In this document: piece by piece, positions 1-11,125 of the stretch
How positions within the stretch are numbered: the first letter of the stretch is position 1
Layout of the letters: each line of letters opens with the position of its first letter
IMG/VR virus record: IMGVR_UViG_3300050120_000361
Span: 144,539 to 208,538 of that record
DNA length: 64,000 nt
Reading direction: 5' to 3' (one strand)
Translations under genes and position numbers: made by a program
The notes under the pieces: generated by a model
Told to the model about the DNA's origin: nothing
Seen by the model: only the letters and a program-made list of their open reading frames with translations
Database searches by the model: none

Positions 1-4
1 AAAC

Positions 5-589
5 TTGGCCATATGGAAGACGGGGCCTGCCGGCGCGCTTACGCCGAAGCTGCACGCGCTCAACAGGTTCCACGGGCCCTACCTGCCCTACCTGCGCAAG
101 CTCGACAATGAGCTTCAGTTCCAGTCTGAAGTTTCGACAAAGCCGCAGTCATCCATACTCAACATATGGGACCCGAACTTCGGAGGCTTGGGCGTGAGCG
201 CCACGGGCCTCTGGGCTGAGGTTGAGGGCAACGTGGTGAGTTCGCTGTTCTGCATGGACAAGACGCTCGTTGTCACGGAGGCGTTCGGCACCCAGTTCGA
301 TATGCGCCAGCTTCTCGGCACACTGATAACGATAGACGAGGCGATAATAGTGAACGACAACGCGGCGTATATAAGCAGGATAAACGCGAATGTGGACCAG
401 TACATAGTGTCTTCATACATCGATTGGCTGCTGCTCAACATGTACGGTCTCGGCACGGTAACCAATGAATTGGGCCAAAAGGTCGCCTTTACCGTGTCCA
501 CCACAAACGCGTATATAATAAACTTCCAACCGGCAAATACATACCAGACAAGGTTTAATATGCTGGTATTCAACTTCATAAGGAAATAA
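5..589 (+). CDS. hypothetical virion/baseplate-associated protein (probably 5'-truncated by window edge)
   Basis: Open frame from the window edge with phage-typical codon usage; ends 6 nt before the tail fibre gene. Confidence 0.6.
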   Translation: MAIWKTGPAGALTPKLHALNRFHGPYLPYLRKLDNELQFQSEVSTKPQSSILNIWDPNFGGLGVSATGLWAEVEGNVVSSLFCMDKTLVVTEAFGTQFDMRQLLGTLITIDEAIIVNDNAAYISRINANVDQYIVSSYIDWLLLNMYGLGTVTNELGQKVAFTVSTTNAYIINFQPANTYQTRFNMLVFNFIRK

Positions 590-595
590 CAGGAA

Positions 596-3500
596 ATGGG
601 ACAGAACATAGACACTCTCAAAAAGATAACGTACACCACAATGGACACGTTCCTCGAGGACCTTAACAGGAACTTCGCGGTAATACAGAATTCCCCATTG
701 TATAAGGGCGTTCCCGGACAGGGTGGTCCAGAAGGCGACGACGGTACCGCCGGCACGCGCGGCTCTTCCTTCATTTTCGTTTCACTTCAGTCCTTCCAGG
801 CGATATTCCCGAATGAGCTGCAGGCCGGAAGCGACATATCGCTGATATACCTGAACTCAAAGCTCGGAACGTTTGAGAACCAGCAGCTGCTGATGCAGGC
901 CCTCGGGGTTACGCAGCTCGTGGACAAGGACATCGTGGTGCTGACTAACACCGAGATGCTCTCGTACTCTTACGGGGCAAACACGTTTTCGGACACTGGA
1001 ATAGCCTTCAACCAGCAGACTTCCCTGGCGGCATCTATAGAGCAGGAGATTGAGACGTATGTGGCTTACTACGTGCAGAACAGTTCGGTAATCAACAGCA
1101 TAAAGAACATATTCTCCGATTTCCAGTCGCTTGGCAAGAACTACCCGGACACCAACAACACATTCACCACCACATCCATAACGGGCTCAACGGTGTACTC
1201 GCCGTACATACCCGGGTACAACAGCCAGATAGGCGTTCCGATAACTAACCACAAGTACTTCGGCTTCCAGGACAATGAGTTCCCTGTCAACAATGCAGGC
1301 ACTACTGTCTTCGGCTCGATAAAGCAGTACTACAACATGCTGATGGCAACCGTCTCAACGGACGGCAACAACACGCTGAACTCGGCATACGCTCCCGGCG
1401 TCAACAACATACCATCCGCCATATTCCTGCAGGACACCTACAACAACGGGCTGCTGGTCGGCTACAAGGGAAAGGCGAACCTGCGGAACTTCGGCTCCAT
1501 ATACAAGAATGAGGTAGACGAGTTCGTGATACAGTCGGACGCCGGCTCGCAGGACTCCGAGTACAGCAAGCTCCTGCTGCACGCAACCTACATGAAGTAC
1601 GCCAAGATCGTGTATTTCATGAACGACCTGCAGGTTAGCAGGGACCTGACGGTTGGGGGCGACCTGGACACCAAGGCGGTAAACACCGGAAAGTACACTG
1701 CTGGCGCCAGTTCCGGCAACAGCTTCAACAGCGGGGTTTCCGAATTCGGCGTACAGGAGAGCGGCTCGGTGAACAAGTCCGTAGCTACAACCGAGCAATG
1801 GCCCAACTACCCGAGCGCCGTCCTCGTGGCGGACAGCGTTGGCAACATACTGAAGAGCTACGGCATTGAGACAGCCGCTGAGAATGGGGCTGACCTCGTG
1901 GACCTGGCGCCAATAACCGTAATACCGAACAGCTCGCACAGCATACTGACTTCGAACTATTTCTCGTTCCTTGCCCAGAAGATAAACGCCGTTACGACCT
2001 ACGCCGCAAACAACTACTGGCGCAAGAACCAGTTCAATACCGGTGAAATATCGGACATTACGACATCGGATTCGCTGAACACCACCGGCAATACCAACCT
2101 CAGCGCGATGCTCACGCTCGTAAAGAATACGGGAATAGCTACGCTTACGGCCAACCAGTTCATTGACAATTCAGTGGCGAAGAAGTACGGCTTCTTCAAG
2201 GGAAACGTGTTCGTTACGGACGCTAACGGCAACCTGTCGCAGTCATACTTTTTGGACACCATCTACCCGCCAGACAGCGAGATAACCTCACCCGCCGACC
2301 TGCCGATATACTCCACGTCATCGCAGACGCTTATATCCACGTACCATTACGCGCACCTCGCGCAGAAGATAAACGCCAACAACAGCAATTTGGCCGCCAA
2401 CTACTGGTCCAAGGCTCAGTTCAGCACCTTCGCGATACCCAACCTGGCTCTCAGCGGCGACCTTTCCGCAAGGGGCAGCGTGGACTTCTCGCCGAACGGT
2501 GGCTCAAGCGTTTTCCACATAGACAATACCGCTGGCTCGATGACAATCGGCTCGACCACCTCACAGGTAGTTGTGCAGACGAACTCGTTAAAGCTGCAGC
2601 AGTTTCCAAGCAATGTGATAGTCACCGACGGTGCGGGAAACGTGGTGAACACCTACTCCATTGAGACCAACCAGTTCGCTTCGGGGGACCAGGCCGACGC
2701 CAACCCAATAACGGTGAACGTCACATCGGGCAGCAAGATACCCACTTCGGCCAATGTCGGATGGCTCGCCACAAAGCTCAACAATTTCATGGCGTGGGTT
2801 CAGGCCAATTACTGGAACAGGACCCAATTGTCCAATGGCTCCGTAAGCGACATAAGGGCGACCAACTCAATAAAATCCGACAACATACTCCAGGCGGGCA
2901 ACTCCTCGGACACTACGTTTTCCGCTAACGGTTCTACGGCCGTTCTTGGCAAGTCAAACGGCTCTACCACGATACGCGGCTCGGTCATAAACTTCGCCAA
3001 CCAGCCTTCAATAGTTCTGACAACAGACGCGTCAGGCAACCTCACGGGAAGCTACACCATTGAAACCGCAAAGCCTGTGTACACTTCTCAGTCGGACATT
3101 ACCAACAACTACTGGGCCACAGGAGCGAGCGCATTCGACACGGTTGCCTCATCTGCTGGCGGCGTTGTAACATCGGATATGTTCCTGTTCATAATGCGGA
3201 ACTTCAACTCCGTAAGGCAGCTCCTGTTCAACAGGCCGACCTATGCGGAGCTGAACAGCGTGCTGCCATCTGGTTCGATAATCATGTGGACTAACAAGAC
3301 CGGCTCGGTTCCATCCAACTTCACCATATGCGACGGCAGGGCCCTCGGCGGAAGCGGCGGCCTGATATTCACCGACAACCTGATAGACAAGTTCATTAAG
3401 GGCTCTCTTACCCCTGCGGTCGATGGCGGAAACGCGGGCCACCAACAGGTCCTTGTAACAGCCAACCTTGCGGCACACGGGCACAATGTGACAGTGGATG

Positions 3501-3787
3501 CGGGCGGCCTGCACACCCACAACGTAGAAGTAGGAGGAGGCCACACGCACACCCTGGCTCTTACGAGATCGCCGTACCACACATACGGTTCAGGGTCTGA
3601 CACGCCATACATATCTGGTCCTGGTGCTCAAGACATTCTTGGAACAAGCAACCAGGGAAGTCACAGCCACGTCATAGACTATGACGGAACCCATTCGCAC
3701 ACGGCCACAGCCGACGCCGCGGGAAGCGGCACAGCTTTCAGCGTGGAGCCACAGAGCTACACCGCCATATTCATCATGAAGAACTAA
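596..3787 (+). CDS. tail fibre protein with collar domain and HxH metal-binding tip
   Basis: N-terminal collagen-like GxxGxx run; repeated 'V.D..GN...Y.IET...NYW' units; collar motif 'LPSGSIIMW...PSNFTICDG'; AHGH/LHTH/GHTH/SHSH/THSH motifs; ends 'YTAIFIMKN'. Confidence 0.85.
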   Translation: MGQNIDTLKKITYTTMDTFLEDLNRNFAVIQNSPLYKGVPGQGGPEGDDGTAGTRGSSFIFVSLQSFQAIFPNELQAGSDISLIYLNSKLGTFENQQLLMQALGVTQLVDKDIVVLTNTEMLSYSYGANTFSDTGIAFNQQTSLAASIEQEIETYVAYYVQNSSVINSIKNIFSDFQSLGKNYPDTNNTFTTTSITGSTVYSPYIPGYNSQIGVPITNHKYFGFQDNEFPVNNAGTTVFGSIKQYYNMLMATVSTDGNNTLNSAYAPGVNNIPSAIFLQDTYNNGLLVGYKGKANLRNFGSIYKNEVDEFVIQSDAGSQDSEYSKLLLHATYMKYAKIVYFMNDLQVSRDLTVGGDLDTKAVNTGKYTAGASSGNSFNSGVSEFGVQESGSVNKSVATTEQWPNYPSAVLVADSVGNILKSYGIETAAENGADLVDLAPITVIPNSSHSILTSNYFSFLAQKINAVTTYAANNYWRKNQFNTGEISDITTSDSLNTTGNTNLSAMLTLVKNTGIATLTANQFIDNSVAKKYGFFKGNVFVTDANGNLSQSYFLDTIYPPDSEITSPADLPIYSTSSQTLISTYHYAHLAQKINANNSNLAANYWSKAQFSTFAIPNLALSGDLSARGSVDFSPNGGSSVFHIDNTAGSMTIGSTTSQVVVQTNSLKLQQFPSNVIVTDGAGNVVNTYSIETNQFASGDQADANPITVNVTSGSKIPTSANVGWLATKLNNFMAWVQANYWNRTQLSNGSVSDIRATNSIKSDNILQAGNSSDTTFSANGSTAVLGKSNGSTTIRGSVINFANQPSIVLTTDASGNLTGSYTIETAKPVYTSQSDITNNYWATGASAFDTVASSAGGVVTSDMFLFIMRNFNSVRQLLFNRPTYAELNSVLPSGSIIMWTNKTGSVPSNFTICDGRALGGSGGLIFTDNLIDKFIKGSLTPAVDGGNAGHQQVLVTANLAAHGHNVTVDAGGLHTHNVEVGGGHTHTLALTRSPYHTYGSGSDTPYISGPGAQDILGTSNQGSHSHVIDYDGTHSHTATADAAGSGTAFSVEPQSYTAIFIMKN

Positions 3788-3788
3788 T

Positions 3789-5573
3789 ATGTCAGAAAGC
3801 CAGGACATAGGGATATTTGAGGACGGCAACGACGGCTTCGCGAGCTATCAGGGAATGATTTTCTGGGAGAACGCGGTGCTGTACGTGGTCCAAAAATTCA
3901 CCAAATTCGACATTGACAAGCTTTCGCTTGCGGTAGACCAGCAGGACCTTTTCGACATAAAGGCTGCCTACTCCTACGACAACAGGAACTGGAGCGAGCC
4001 GAAGCCGCTTGATGATTGGCAGGCAGAGAACGAGTACCTGCAGGCCAATGCTGAGTATCCGGACCTGCAGTACGTTTGGATAAGCCTCTGGTTCATGAAG
4101 CGCGAGCCAAGCGACAGGGTTACGGACACGCTCTACATCAGGCAGAACACCGACAAGAACCTTTACATCTGCAGGGTTGCGGAAATATCATACAACGGTT
4201 CGTCTTTGGACTTCAACGACGAGGACGTGATACACGTGCGGCCGTTCCACAACGTAATAGACAGGTACCCCAAATGGAACTTCTACGACAACCAGCAGGT
4301 GAACATACGCAGGTGGAAGGACATGTGCAGGTCCACGTTGTACAGTCATGGGCACGTTGCCGTTTGGTTTAAGACGCTGCCGGTTGAGTCCGCCACGCAA
4401 AACACCTTCGCTAACCATGTGATGAGGAACGTGGTTTCTATTAAGAAGCTGTTGGTGATTTCACCGAACAACGAGATACCTTCAGAGAAGCAGGTCTACA
4501 CCGAGTGGGACATGCCTCTGATGGACGATTTCGTTATCCACGTGGTTGACGAGCTCTTCAAGAACGCGTTCGGAGAGGACACGGTTCCCCTCCAGAAGGA
4601 CTACCTGTACATACCAATGCTTGACAGGCTTTTCAAGGTGAGCAATGTGCAGCCCTCAGACAAGCGCTTCATGGGCAAGGTCGGTTGGTGGGAGTGTTAC
4701 CTAGCAAAATACGAGGAGGACGCCACTGTGGGCATGAAGCCCGGTCTCCGTGAGGAAATGGAGCAATTCGATGGTATGGACGAAGCTCTTGAAGGCTTCA
4801 ACGTCATTGAGGAGCTTGAGGACATGCGGGAAGATGCGGTGCTTGACGCCGAAAAGATCTCACACCTAACGGCTGATGAGAAGAAGGCCGTCAACCAGAA
4901 CTATTCTAACAAGCTAGTGGACAGCACCAATTTCGTTGACCTGAAGGACACTGAGAGCCAGCGCTCCCTTTACTCGAAGCGTCTCGACATAATTTCAGTA
5001 AACCCCGACGGCAATTCGCTCTTTCCGGTGACAATGTACAACTGCGCCGCGATAGGCTCAAGGGAGGTTGCGCTGACATACGACCTGAAGGACTACACGG
5101 CCACGAGCGGCAACAGGCTGACTGTCGGCGGGACTCTTTCATTCTCTTTTGATTTCGTTCTGCAGTCCAAATTCAACGGTGAACTGTTCGACCTGTCTCC
5201 CGCAATGACGCTCGTAATGTCGAGAGCGTGCAAGCTGTCCATAGTGCTAAACTCCACGCAGGTTACCCAAAAGGCGGACTATGCCTTCGTTGCCGGCGAG
5301 TACTACAAGATTGAACTGGATTGGACCAAGTCAATAAACCAACTGGCTCTCAGGATATTTCTGCTGGCTGACGGGGCAAAAACCATAGCCTATCAGAACA
5401 TATACATAGTGAATGGCGGACTCAATACCGACCCATTCGGCTCAACACCGCAGCAGCTGATAATGTACGGCGGAAACTGGCTGTGCGGGCAGACAAAACT
5501 CGACATCGACGAAAAATCGATAATAGCCGACGCGGTTAACCCGATACTTGTTCTGAACAAGTTCGGCCTATAA
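3789..5573 (+). CDS. neck/head-completion protein, T4 gp14-like core with extra domains
   Basis: 'DFVIHVVDELFKNAFGEDTVPLQKDYLYIPMLDRLFKVSNV' resembles the gp14 'P.EGDLIYFP....LFEI..V' motif; position before the sheath gene. Confidence 0.55.
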   Translation: MSESQDIGIFEDGNDGFASYQGMIFWENAVLYVVQKFTKFDIDKLSLAVDQQDLFDIKAAYSYDNRNWSEPKPLDDWQAENEYLQANAEYPDLQYVWISLWFMKREPSDRVTDTLYIRQNTDKNLYICRVAEISYNGSSLDFNDEDVIHVRPFHNVIDRYPKWNFYDNQQVNIRRWKDMCRSTLYSHGHVAVWFKTLPVESATQNTFANHVMRNVVSIKKLLVISPNNEIPSEKQVYTEWDMPLMDDFVIHVVDELFKNAFGEDTVPLQKDYLYIPMLDRLFKVSNVQPSDKRFMGKVGWWECYLAKYEEDATVGMKPGLREEMEQFDGMDEALEGFNVIEELEDMREDAVLDAEKISHLTADEKKAVNQNYSNKLVDSTNFVDLKDTESQRSLYSKRLDIISVNPDGNSLFPVTMYNCAAIGSREVALTYDLKDYTATSGNRLTVGGTLSFSFDFVLQSKFNGELFDLSPAMTLVMSRACKLSIVLNSTQVTQKADYAFVAGEYYKIELDWTKSINQLALRIFLLADGAKTIAYQNIYIVNGGLNTDPFGSTPQQLIMYGGNWLCGQTKLDIDEKSIIADAVNPILVLNKFGL

Positions 5574-5599
5574 CAAATACCATAACAGGATAACAAAGG

Positions 5600-6358
5600 A
5601 TGGAAAACAGCGAAGAAACATACCATCAGTATGAAGAAGAGGTAAACAGATACGCTCAGGAAAACCCCGAACCGGACGATGATTTGGATGACTTCGAGCA
5701 GATGGAGGACCCGGGAACGGACTACTTTGCTTCGATAGACGAGCTGCCCACGGACGATGATGTCCTGAAGCTTACGGAATACGACGGCAATCTGGGCCTT
5801 CAGCCCACTAACGGCGTTGTTGCCGAGTACCGCGACATCGACATAGAGAAGGTCGACAAGAAGCACGAGATACAGGCGAAAAACTTCGTAACGCGAGTGA
5901 CGAAGTTCATAATCGACTTCAAGGACGTAGAGCTTTCGGACAAGCACCAGCTGTACATCAAGGATGTGGCCAAGTTCCAGTTGGAGAACCTTGTCGACAT
6001 GATGTCGCTGGTATCGGTCAATAAGGAAATGCTGGCCAACATAGTGCGCAGAGTCAACAGCACACAGGCCGAGGACTACGCAATGATTGGCACATACAAC
6101 AACCTTGTGACGCTTCACCTCAAATTGATGAAGGAGCTCCAGAACAGCTACAAGTCGCTTCCGAGCGTGCTCAAGAAAATGCGCACAGAGGTGCTTTGTA
6201 ACCAGGAACTCGGTGACGCCACAGGACCGGAGCCCGGAGACGAGAAGGAGCCCATCACCGAGCAGTACGGAAGCCTGCAGTTCAACAACACTAAGCATCT
6301 GCTCAAGACATTGCGGGCGAAAAACGACGAGAAAACCGCCAATGCGCCTCAGCAATAG
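5600..6358 (+). CDS. helical protein, possible terminase small subunit (gp16-like)
   Basis: Acidic N-terminus, long amphipathic helices, position between neck and sheath genes; no decisive motif. Confidence 0.35.
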   Translation: MENSEETYHQYEEEVNRYAQENPEPDDDLDDFEQMEDPGTDYFASIDELPTDDDVLKLTEYDGNLGLQPTNGVVAEYRDIDIEKVDKKHEIQAKNFVTRVTKFIIDFKDVELSDKHQLYIKDVAKFQLENLVDMMSLVSVNKEMLANIVRRVNSTQAEDYAMIGTYNNLVTLHLKLMKELQNSYKSLPSVLKKMRTEVLCNQELGDATGPEPGDEKEPITEQYGSLQFNNTKHLLKTLRAKNDEKTANAPQQ

Positions 6359-6409
6359 ATAAAACAATAATAGTAAAAATATTCATAAACAAAAATAAAG
6401 CAAAAAATC

Positions 6410-9130
6410 ATGGACCCAAGGTTATTAGCAATTGCAGCCAAAGCTGCAGGAACTTACTTTATCGTGACGGACAATTCGCTTGTTCAAACGACTGCAGTAC
6501 CGCCTAACCTACGGATAATTTTTGTGAATGTACCGGCCGGTCCTGTTAATACGGTGGTGGTATTTCAGCAAGGAGACACCGCAGGCCTGGCCTCAATATT
6601 CGGAACCGCTTCCCGCACGCAGGAGAAGAAGGGCAACTACTCACTTAGGACGTGCAACGACGCGCTTGTCGGCGGACCGATAGGAGTGATAAACCTGCGC
6701 GTCTTCGCTTCAGAAGACCTTGTGGGAGTCGCCGGCATATCACCTAACAGCACCTTTTTGGAGGACAAGACCACGGCTTACGCCAACGTCTTCAACACCA
6801 ATGGCTTCTGGACGGCCCAGGCCAAAAACATAGCTCCGCTGATGTCCCGCGCCAACTACCTGAACTTCGCAAACGTCGGAGCTTCGAACGTCAGCATATT
6901 CGTCACCTCGGCAATACCGGCCAACTACCAGTCGCTTACCAGCCAGTACGGCAACACGCTTACGGCTATGAGCCTGAGCGTTGACGACTATCCTGGTTTG
7001 GACATGGGCATCAAGCTGGCCGACACATTCGTTGACGTTTACGTTTTCGCGAACACTTTCGACCCGCAGACGGTTTCAACCAACCGCTACTACGGCCAGC
7101 TGTTCAACAGCGACGGGAGCATCAACTACGAGAACCTCCCTGCCCTTTCGCTCATACCTGAGTCCGGCTTCATACGCACAATCACTGGCTCACTGCTGCC
7201 AAACCTCCTGAGCGAAAGCGCGGCCGATTTGTCAATAGACACGCTGATGAACACGCTGTACCCTCAAACGGGCGTGATAGCGCACATCAATGATGATTTG
7301 CTGGAAACCGATTTGACCGAGCCGCCCGTGCTCAACGTTAACGCCACGGACGTGTACAACGCCGACGGCACGCTTAACCAGCTCACAGGTTCGAGCATCA
7401 GCATACTGTCGCACATGTTCAAGGAAATCGACGGAATGCCTACGGTTGACCTGGATGAGGTTCACGACGCTGACGTTGTGGGCATGAACACCCACCTGTT
7501 GCTTTCGGTTACTGGCACTATCTTCCAGGACGGCCAGGAAAACGGGAACAAGATACTCTCAATCTACGAGCAGGGCACGCGCATTGGCGACGAGATCGTT
7601 TTCGAGGATTTGGACACCGAGGACACCAAAACGGTTGTCGTTACTGGCCTTTCCATCATTGAGCAGAACGTCGCTACGGACCCAATAACGCTTGCGGCCC
7701 TTGCCAAGACCGTACTCACTATACCACAGCCCACAGACACCATTTCAGTTGTGTTGGATTGGACGGCGGTTACGCACGCGGACACTTACAGCGTGTACCG
7801 CAAGAAATCTACCGACTCGGCTTGGGTACTCCTGCAGGGCGCGATTTCAGCGCTTACCTACACTGACACGACTGTTCAGCCTTCATTCACATACCAATAC
7901 TACGTGTTGGCAGTGAACGCCGCGGCGGCCTACGTGTCCAGCATATCAATAGCCAAGCAGATAACCACCATTGCGGTTAACGGCGACCCAACCACAATTG
8001 GCGCTTCAACTGCGTCCAACAACCAACCGGCCGACCTTCCAACAACAATAGCTGGAACAAAGACCTATTCGGTTGCCCTGCTTACCTGCTCTGGACCGGT
8101 TAACGCCGCGTCATACACCCGCAAGAAGCCATTCAAGACAATCGCCGGCATAGCCACCATGCCTTTCGGTCTTGTCGCTTACACGCCGCGTACGGCCCAA
8201 TTCACCGACGGCACCTCGGCCACCCAGTCCGCGATACTCGACGTGATGAACACGCCGGGACTCGTTAAGGGCATAGCCGCTCTCGGCACGGCGCGCTACG
8301 TAGTGGACGCTTTCAAGTCCTTCGTTGAAGGGAGCTACAAGTACCAGTACGGCCAGTTGGCGTACACGCTCGACGCTAAGAACACTTTCGTCCGTAACAT
8401 CATCAACGAGCCGTTCCTGCAGGACCTGCAGAAGTCCACCAACCCGCTGTTCTCGCAAGGGCCTGGCTTCCCATTCGACCCAAGCTACCTCGCGCAGGGC
8501 GGCAATCCGGACTTCTCCACAGTCCTGCTCTCCAAGTTCGGACAAGGCTCTGAGATGAGCTTCTTCTTCGGCTCCGGTAACGTTGACGCTAAGGGCAATG
8601 TGTCTCCGGTTGCGGGAATAGTGTCAAACGTGTTCATTAACAAGCAGTTCCCTTACGACGTTGCTGCCAATGCGAGCGGCTACCTGACAGGCATAACAGG
8701 CCTTGAGGACAGCCCCAACGGTTCCGACGACCGCCTGCCATATGAGCAGTTCCTCTGGAACCCGATAATAGCGCAGAAGGGAAGCTTCACGATATACGGC
8801 AACTTTACCGGCCAGAAAATCAACACCTCCCTTCAGGCCATACACAACTCTGAGCTGCTCGCCTACGTTAAGGGCACCCTGCTAGCGATGACCATTGACG
8901 ACCCGTTCAAGAAGGGCCTGTACAACGAGTACCTCGCAACGCAGACCGAGGTCAACACTTTCATCCAGAGCCTCGTGCTCGCGGGCGCGATACAGCCGAA
9001 CCCTATCGTGATATGCGACGCCACCAACAACACCGTTGACGTGTCAAAGGCTAAAATCAAGCTGATACACGTAGAGTACACCGGCGTTGACTGCCTTGAC
9101 AAGACTGTGTTTGATTTGAACCTGGACTAA
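6410..9130 (+). CDS. contractile tail sheath protein with inserted FN3-like domain
   Basis: C-terminal 'WNPII...FTIYGNFT...SLQAIHNSELL' and 'VICDATNNT..V' typical of gp18 sheaths; FN3-like 'VVLDW...YSVYR...YTDT...YQYYVLAVN' at about 7710-7960. Confidence 0.88.
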   Translation: MDPRLLAIAAKAAGTYFIVTDNSLVQTTAVPPNLRIIFVNVPAGPVNTVVVFQQGDTAGLASIFGTASRTQEKKGNYSLRTCNDALVGGPIGVINLRVFASEDLVGVAGISPNSTFLEDKTTAYANVFNTNGFWTAQAKNIAPLMSRANYLNFANVGASNVSIFVTSAIPANYQSLTSQYGNTLTAMSLSVDDYPGLDMGIKLADTFVDVYVFANTFDPQTVSTNRYYGQLFNSDGSINYENLPALSLIPESGFIRTITGSLLPNLLSESAADLSIDTLMNTLYPQTGVIAHINDDLLETDLTEPPVLNVNATDVYNADGTLNQLTGSSISILSHMFKEIDGMPTVDLDEVHDADVVGMNTHLLLSVTGTIFQDGQENGNKILSIYEQGTRIGDEIVFEDLDTEDTKTVVVTGLSIIEQNVATDPITLAALAKTVLTIPQPTDTISVVLDWTAVTHADTYSVYRKKSTDSAWVLLQGAISALTYTDTTVQPSFTYQYYVLAVNAAAAYVSSISIAKQITTIAVNGDPTTIGASTASNNQPADLPTTIAGTKTYSVALLTCSGPVNAASYTRKKPFKTIAGIATMPFGLVAYTPRTAQFTDGTSATQSAILDVMNTPGLVKGIAALGTARYVVDAFKSFVEGSYKYQYGQLAYTLDAKNTFVRNIINEPFLQDLQKSTNPLFSQGPGFPFDPSYLAQGGNPDFSTVLLSKFGQGSEMSFFFGSGNVDAKGNVSPVAGIVSNVFINKQFPYDVAANASGYLTGITGLEDSPNGSDDRLPYEQFLWNPIIAQKGSFTIYGNFTGQKINTSLQAIHNSELLAYVKGTLLAMTIDDPFKKGLYNEYLATQTEVNTFIQSLVLAGAIQPNPIVICDATNNTVDVSKAKIKLIHVEYTGVDCLDKTVFDLNLD

Positions 9131-9155
9131 CCGGGCGGACAAGGAAACAAAAAAC

Positions 9156-9184
9156 AGGGAAAACGGCGAAAATCCGTTTTCCCT
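9156..9184 (+). terminator. stem-loop after sheath gene
   Basis: AGGGAAAACGG-N7-CCGTTTTCCCT perfect 11-bp stem. Confidence 0.65.
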
Positions 9185-9213
9185 AAATAACTTACTTATA
9201 AAACAAATAGGAT

Positions 9214-10476
9214 ATGAGAAACTTTTCTGAGCAGGACCCGGAACAGCTTATGCGGACTGACAGAGACTCATCCATTGAGAGGATATGCGAGAGCACCGGC
9301 CTTCCTATGGAAAACGTCGAAAAGATGTACGAGTCCATGAAGGCCGAAAAACTATCCGACACTGCCATAGTTGAACATTTCGAAAAGGCCGCAAAGCCTA
9401 AGCAAATGGTGAGCTGCTCAGAGTTCTTCGGCTCTATGGTGGCCGGCATAAGCGGCGTCGAGGGAGACATGGACGACGTCAAGAGAACCGGCATAACCCG
9501 CGGAATACTCAGGGCGCTTGACGCGATGTCCACCGGCGTTGACGGCCAAATGCTCGACTCAACGGAAATGCTCGCAGTGGTCAAGGGGCTTATAGAGATT
9601 AAGGACCCAAAGGCCAAGGGACTGCTGTCGACCGACGAGGAGGACAAACTGCTCATAGAGCCAGTAAGGCACGACTTTTCAAAGCTGAACGAGGCCACGA
9701 CGCTTTCAATGCCTGAGGATGACGCCATGAATACAGTGGAACTGTTCGAGGGGCTTAAGCACATACTGGGCAAGAACACCCGCCGATGGGGAAACGCCTA
9801 CAGGCTCACGAACTCATACGAGGCGATAATGAACTACATAGACGAGCAGACCAAGCAGATACAGCTTGAGGCCTCGATAACGAGCGTGGACGACGGGTTC
9901 CACATCGAGCTCCTGAACGACCTTCTGACCGGCAACGTCAACCCCATATACAAGTCGATAAACGGGGTTAGGCAGCTGATACCGGACGGGCAGACGCTGC
10001 TGTTCGATATGATACTGCTGGTGAACTCTTTCATGCAGCAGAACGACTACGCACTGCAGTACATAAGCAGGCAGAACGTGCTCGAGTACAAGACGGCCGC
10101 AAGGAACCTTCTGGCATCAATCTCGTCCTCGCGCCACCGCAGCAAGATTGTCTATGACAGCATGCGCAAGAATAACTACGACGAGGGCTCCGCGGAAGGC
10201 TATGACAACAACTTAAAGTGCGGCGGCCCAAGCGGCTATGCAAGTCAGAACTTCCTTGAGGAGTACACTGGCAGCATAGACAGCGGAAAGCTGCAGAACT
10301 ACGGCTGGAACCTTCCGCTCAAGGCTGTTGTGGACATGCTGAACCTAAGCAAGTCGATGTCTACGGACTTCAACCTGAAGATACGCCCGCTAATACGCAA
10401 CTTCGTGACCAAGGCCTACGGGCTGACTGGGCGCGTAGAGCGCGCGAAGAGGGAAGTGGCAATGTTCAAGATATAG
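9214..10476 (+). CDS. hypothetical protein, probable head-internal protein
   Basis: 420 aa with ICES/MYES/LNEA/LFEG putative prohead-protease motifs in the N-terminal half. Confidence 0.6.
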   Translation: MRNFSEQDPEQLMRTDRDSSIERICESTGLPMENVEKMYESMKAEKLSDTAIVEHFEKAAKPKQMVSCSEFFGSMVAGISGVEGDMDDVKRTGITRGILRALDAMSTGVDGQMLDSTEMLAVVKGLIEIKDPKAKGLLSTDEEDKLLIEPVRHDFSKLNEATTLSMPEDDAMNTVELFEGLKHILGKNTRRWGNAYRLTNSYEAIMNYIDEQTKQIQLEASITSVDDGFHIELLNDLLTGNVNPIYKSINGVRQLIPDGQTLLFDMILLVNSFMQQNDYALQYISRQNVLEYKTAARNLLASISSSRHRSKIVYDSMRKNNYDEGSAEGYDNNLKCGGPSGYASQNFLEEYTGSIDSGKLQNYGWNLPLKAVVDMLNLSKSMSTDFNLKIRPLIRNFVTKAYGLTGRVERAKREVAMFKI

Positions 10477-10528
10477 CCAAGGCAATAGATAACAAACAGA
10501 AACAAGAACAATTTAAAAATCAAAAGAT

Positions 10529-11116
10529 ATGTCAAATTTGATTCAATTCCCGCACACCACTAATTCAACAGCGGCTGTGCAACGCTACGAGCCCGTTATC
10601 AGCAGCAACTACAATGCGCACTTCGTGCTCATGGGCAACCTGAAAACCAAGCTCGGAGACTACGGCTTCCTTTCGGAGTACATCAAGTCCGTTACGGGCC
10701 TGTTCGTTGAGAAGGCCGGCGGCTCAATCGAGGGCGGGTACAAATGGATAAAGTTCCGTTACGACTCAAACGAGAAGGAGACGGTGTACGATGTGGTGGT
10801 TCAGTTCCACAACTTCCTGGACACCAACTCACGTATGTTCGTGTACAACGCGATAGTGGCCTGGTCACGCTTCAAGTACAACCCACTCACCGGCGAGAAG
10901 ACGCTGAAGGCGGACTACGCCAACGCAGCCATCGTCGGCGAGAAGTTCAACCGCGACGGCACCCTGTACTGGAGAAGGACCGGCCTGAACTGCTTTCCAA
11001 TGTCGGAAATTGAGGACATGGCCATGGACTACGGCAACCACGAGGCCGGCGAATTGAGCTGCACCTTCTCAGTGGATTACGTGCAGGACATCACCAACGA
11101 CCCGCGCCTCGCGTAA
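10529..11116 (+). CDS. tail tube protein (gp19-like)
   Basis: 195 aa downstream of sheath; 'FNRDG...NCFP..I....MDY......CTFSVDY' matches the gp19-type pattern. Confidence 0.8.
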   Translation: MSNLIQFPHTTNSTAAVQRYEPVISSNYNAHFVLMGNLKTKLGDYGFLSEYIKSVTGLFVEKAGGSIEGGYKWIKFRYDSNEKETVYDVVVQFHNFLDTNSRMFVYNAIVAWSRFKYNPLTGEKTLKADYANAAIVGEKFNRDGTLYWRRTGLNCFPMSEIEDMAMDYGNHEAGELSCTFSVDYVQDITNDPRLA

Positions 11117-11125
11117 ACTTAAGGG

